Origin: Takakia lepidozioides | Lineage: Eukaryota > Plantae > Bryophyta | Direction: 5' to 3' | Length of the DNA: 63,707 bases | Assembly (NCBI GenBank): GCA_030704615.1 | Contig: CM060734.1 | Location: forward strand, 17,546,294-17,610,000 | Shown here: in pieces, positions 60,201-63,707 of the stretch | Layout of the letters: each line of letters begins with the position of its first letter | How positions within the stretch are numbered: position 1 is the first letter of the stretch | Made by a program: the position numbers and the translations under genes | Notes under the pieces: model-generated | Databases searched by the model: none | Seen by the model: only the letters and a program-made list of their open reading frames with translations | What the model was told of the DNA's origin: nothing

Positions 60201-61343
60201 AATGCAAATAAGTTGAAGGGGTACAGTGGTATCCATGACAAACCCCTGCAGCATGATTTGCATGTTGAACCGCAAGAGCAGTCACGGGCTGCACCAGTGT
60301 TACGAACAGAGTATGGAACACTTGTCGCTAGGCCCAGTATATATGACCGGGGTGGGCAAAACAAACGTGACACAGCCTATCACAGCCCATCACGGCGTGA
60401 TACAGCCTATCACAGCCCATCACGGCGTGACACAGCCTATCACAGCCCAACACGGCGTGACACAGCCTATCACAGCCCAGCAAGGCGCAACACAGCCTAT
60501 CACAGCCCATCACGGCGTGACACAGCCTATCACAGCCCGTCACGACGTGACACAGCCTATCACAACCTACCGCAGCGTGTCACAGCCTATCACAGCTTAC
60601 CACAGGGCAACACAGCCTATCACAGCGTAACACAGTATGACACAGCCTGTCACAGCTCAACACAGCCTACTAAAGTTACACGATCCATAGAATCAGTGAC
60701 AAGTGGACACATAAAAACTTCAGGAAAATGGCTGAAGGAAGAAGAAACGGAAATTAATTTAAAAATAGACACGTGGAGGTCAGGGTGCGACACACAGCAG
60801 AGAATGAAGTGCAAGGACAGGTGTCAAAAAGAAAGAGGACAAGAACGGCCGTCAAAAGGGATGAAAGGCGGGCCCATTAATAAATACGGAAAAAGGGAAA
60901 CAGAACGAACGGCAAGTACAGAAAAACTGAATTCATGTCGCATGTGTGATCCTAGTGGACTATCCAACAGGGAAAGTCCACTAAAGAAGATAAAAGTTAA
61001 AATCCAGTCACAGCGGATACAGCCAATAGAAAACCAGAGAAATGATCAAGAAAATGGAGGGAAATTAAGCGCAAGAGGCGGCGTCGTTCTGAGTAACGGG
61101 CGTCTCGACAGGACAGGCCATAAATGCTATAACTTGGAAACTATGGAGGAACTAACAGACTATACGCTCGCAATATTATTTACGCAATGGCAGAGACACG
61201 AAACGAAAGAGCAGAGCTTTTCTCTTGAACAATGCTTGCAAGCCCCGCAGGCTTACAAGAGATTACCCATAGCTTTCTGCGGCAACCATACGTTTCTGCT
61301 TTGTGCACTACAGGCATTCCTGCAGTTGTTACAGCCAAAGTAG
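54225..61343 (+). pseudogene. gag-pol polyprotein with several frameshifts
   Basis: Gag YSGKGDP..LFPCSL..A.EWY; three CCHC knuckles; protease LIDGGSGVN; RT MDGFSGYNQ, FLDDF; RH HCDAS; [28 protein letters not shown]. Breaks near 55020, 56510, 57050, 58395 and 59500. Confidence 0.92.
60369..60668 (+). repeat. 30-bp coding tandem repeat (~10 x DTAYHSPSRR) after integrase
   Basis: GACACAGCCTATCACAGCCCATCACGGCGT units, in frame. Confidence 0.92.
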
Positions 61344-61358
61344 TTCTGTGAGTCTAAG

Positions 61359-63475
61359 ATGAAGAGAGTGAGAGGAATGGAGGAAATCAGGGTGAAGAGC
61401 ACCACAATTCTGCAGAAACAAACGATGGCTACCCCACAGGCGATAAAGATACTGAAGGAGCTGAGATTGGAAGGATTGCAAAGCATGGATTGGACACTAC
61501 ACCATAGACAGTACATGTTACAATTTTTGCAGAACTTTGAGCCAAAGACAGGAACAACAACGGTGAAGGGAGTTGAATTAATGATTACTCCCCTATACCT
61601 CCAGCAATTGTTTCGATTGCCAAGGTCATGTGTATGTGGAGGAACACAGAGAAAGACTGCAAATAGGGGATTTATTCCAAGAAGGGAGTTTCTTTAAAAC
61701 TCAGGGTTATGCTTGTACCAAAGCTGTGTACCCAGGGTTAAAAGACATAGGCCAAGTATTGAACGTTCTGATTGCCCTGAAACAGAACCAACAATATTTG
61801 AGCAGATCCTTCACAGAGGAAATCCTCAAAGGCTTGAAGGGACAAGAGGTACCATGGGCGGACATAATGTACAACGCACTGGTAGAGGAGATGAAAAGAT
61901 TACAAGGTACTACCGCAAAATCTCCTATCATAGTGTCTGGCCCAATCATTGCTCAAATAATCCTTAGTTCTGGCATACTTAATGCACAAGAAAGGAAGGA
62001 AATGGGAGTGTTTGAGCCAGAAACAACTGCAATGGAAGAGCAAGGCTCTTCACACAGTGAGGGTGGACTAGCAGCACAACCCGAGACTAAGAGGCAGAGA
62101 AGGGGAAAGACGGTAGTGGCGGATCCACTGGCTTCACGGATTCCGCATGATAATGTTTCCCAAGCTCATGACCAGGGAGGGGCACAGCAGCACAAAAGAA
62201 TGTTATTACTGGAAGCAGGACCTTCAGAGAGGGAGGAAGAAGTTACTTCTGCATCACAACCAACACAGCCACTTGAACGACTTGTCACAAGGTCACAAGT
62301 TATCCATGCAGCTCAACCCGAAATAATAGATTTGGAAAGTGAAGGATAGATATTCCAACTACAGAACAGATAGTGGCGGAAATAGAGAAAGGGGACCTTC
62401 TCTATGAATATTCTGGTCTGGTCAAGCAGACAGAAATCCCAGAGGTGCAACAGTTGCCCAAGAAAAAATCCTGAGGTACATATAATGCACACACCTGTGT
62501 CGGAGGTACCACAGGCGGAAGGCCATGACACTGTAGCACCGGTCATAAATGAAGTAGTTCAGGAAGAAAACCCGGTGGGACAATGGTCTGAATGGTTAGT
62601 GAGACATCATACTGTTGAAGATCGGGAGGAACAGCAGCAACCTCACCATGATGACCCTCAACAGGCAATGCTGATGAATTCCATAGGCAGGACACTTAAT
62701 TTGTTGGGGACTTATGTCAAAACCCATGTTCCAATTACCCAATTGACAGCCTTGAAAGAAGAACTCAGGAAGGAGTTTGAGGCTCGACTTGCCACTGAGT
62801 GTTCAAACAAGGTCGATGAAGAGGTCACTCTCAAGATGAAGCAGGACTTGGCCAATACAGAAATGGCTTTGCAATTGGCCAAGCAACAATTGATTGAGGC
62901 AGGCCTTGCGCAAGACCAGTTGCACGAAGCACATAAGCAACAGCTATACCAAATGCAGGTGCAGCATGAAAGCAAGTTGCAAGAACTGAATGCACTACAT
63001 ACGGAGTTGCAGACAGTGCATAACAGGATGGAGATACAATGCGCTACATTTACAACTATGCTTGACCAATCAACAAAAGAAATAAACAGTCAAGCGGAAA
63101 AATGTACGAAGGCAGAAGAAGAGAATGTGGAGCACATGAAGCTCATTGTCGATATGAAGAATACAATCTGTCGCAATGAAGAAACTTTCAAGCAATACAG
63201 CAGATGGAAGCTGAGAATGAGAATACATCGTGGAGTTGCAACAAACCATCGTGGCCAATAGAAATGAAATCGCGGTCAGTAACAAGGCTTCGAAAGAAGC
63301 CAATAATCTACTTGCTGCCTATGCGCAATTGGTTGAGCCACAGGCGAAGCGCATGAAGGCTTTACAACAGCAGTTGGAATTGTATAAGCTAAGAGAGGAG
63401 CAAACTCTCAGGGGAACCACAAGCAGCTTGGTGGATAACAGCCTTATGCAGGTCTGGTTAGCACAAGGGCCGTAG
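61359..63475 (+). pseudogene. Frameshifted 3' extra ORF (plant transposon protein-like domain + coiled coil)
   Basis: QFLQNF..TTTVKGVELMITP..LQQLFRLP and VPWADIMY resemble Athila/Tat accessory domains; long Gln/Glu/Leu heptad region. Confidence 0.6.
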
Positions 63476-63707
63476 AGGGCAAAAGCCCACGGAAGCTCAC
63501 CCAAAGCGAGATGAATGAGCTCAGACTGCAGGTGCAGAACATTGCCACAACTACTATAGACAATGTCTATAGTAGGATAGCAGAGAACGAGTTACAGAGG
63601 ATGTAGACGGACTCCAGACTCAAGTGGAAGGACCTCACTTCAAACATCGACCAAAGAGTCTATATCCCTCAGGAACAGCTAATGGCTTCTTATTTGCAAA
63701 GCCAGAA

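Larger units (their letters stand above)
52996..63707 (+). mobile_element. Non-chromovirus Ty3/Gypsy element (Athila/Tat-like) running off the window: 5' LTR ~52996-53615, PBS 53618-53635, 5' extra ORF, gag, PR, RT, RH, INT, 3' extra ORFs
   Basis: TGTCACG...CGCGACA termini; PBS TGGCGACCATACTGGGGA (tRNA-Arg-like); canonical pol motif order. The LTR start could instead be ~52506. Confidence 0.9.

Overview
Repeat-rich eukaryotic nuclear DNA, most likely from a bryophyte or other early land plant (inferred from spliceosomal introns, LEA/PLS-PPR/PSRP5 sequences and TE types). A 500-N gap lies at 46001-46500. Only two clearly intact host genes are present: a 567-aa membrane-anchored protein (15392-17095, +) and a 5-exon LEA-DUF4149/TMEM205-like gene (18595-22077, -). 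They lie between near-identical inverted copies of a ~2.95-kb tandem-repeat unit. The rest is LINE fragments, CACTA/Helitron/TIR remnants, PPR and PSRP5 pseudogene-like pieces and three nested Ty3/Gypsy elements. The stand-out is a >=14.6-kb Mutator-like element (~31365 to the gap). It encodes a GCM-fold/DDE/SWIM transposase (+) and, divergently, an intron-containing ParB-like + beta-class amino-methyltransferase-like fusion gene (-). Between them is an array of ~32 copies of a 22-30-bp palindrome (GGAAATGCGG-NN-CCGCATTTCC) spaced mostly exactly 53 bp apart. More copies lie in a second array and inside introns. This looks like a transposon-encoded binding-site/epigenetic system. All domain calls are by motif recognition by eye, not database searches.
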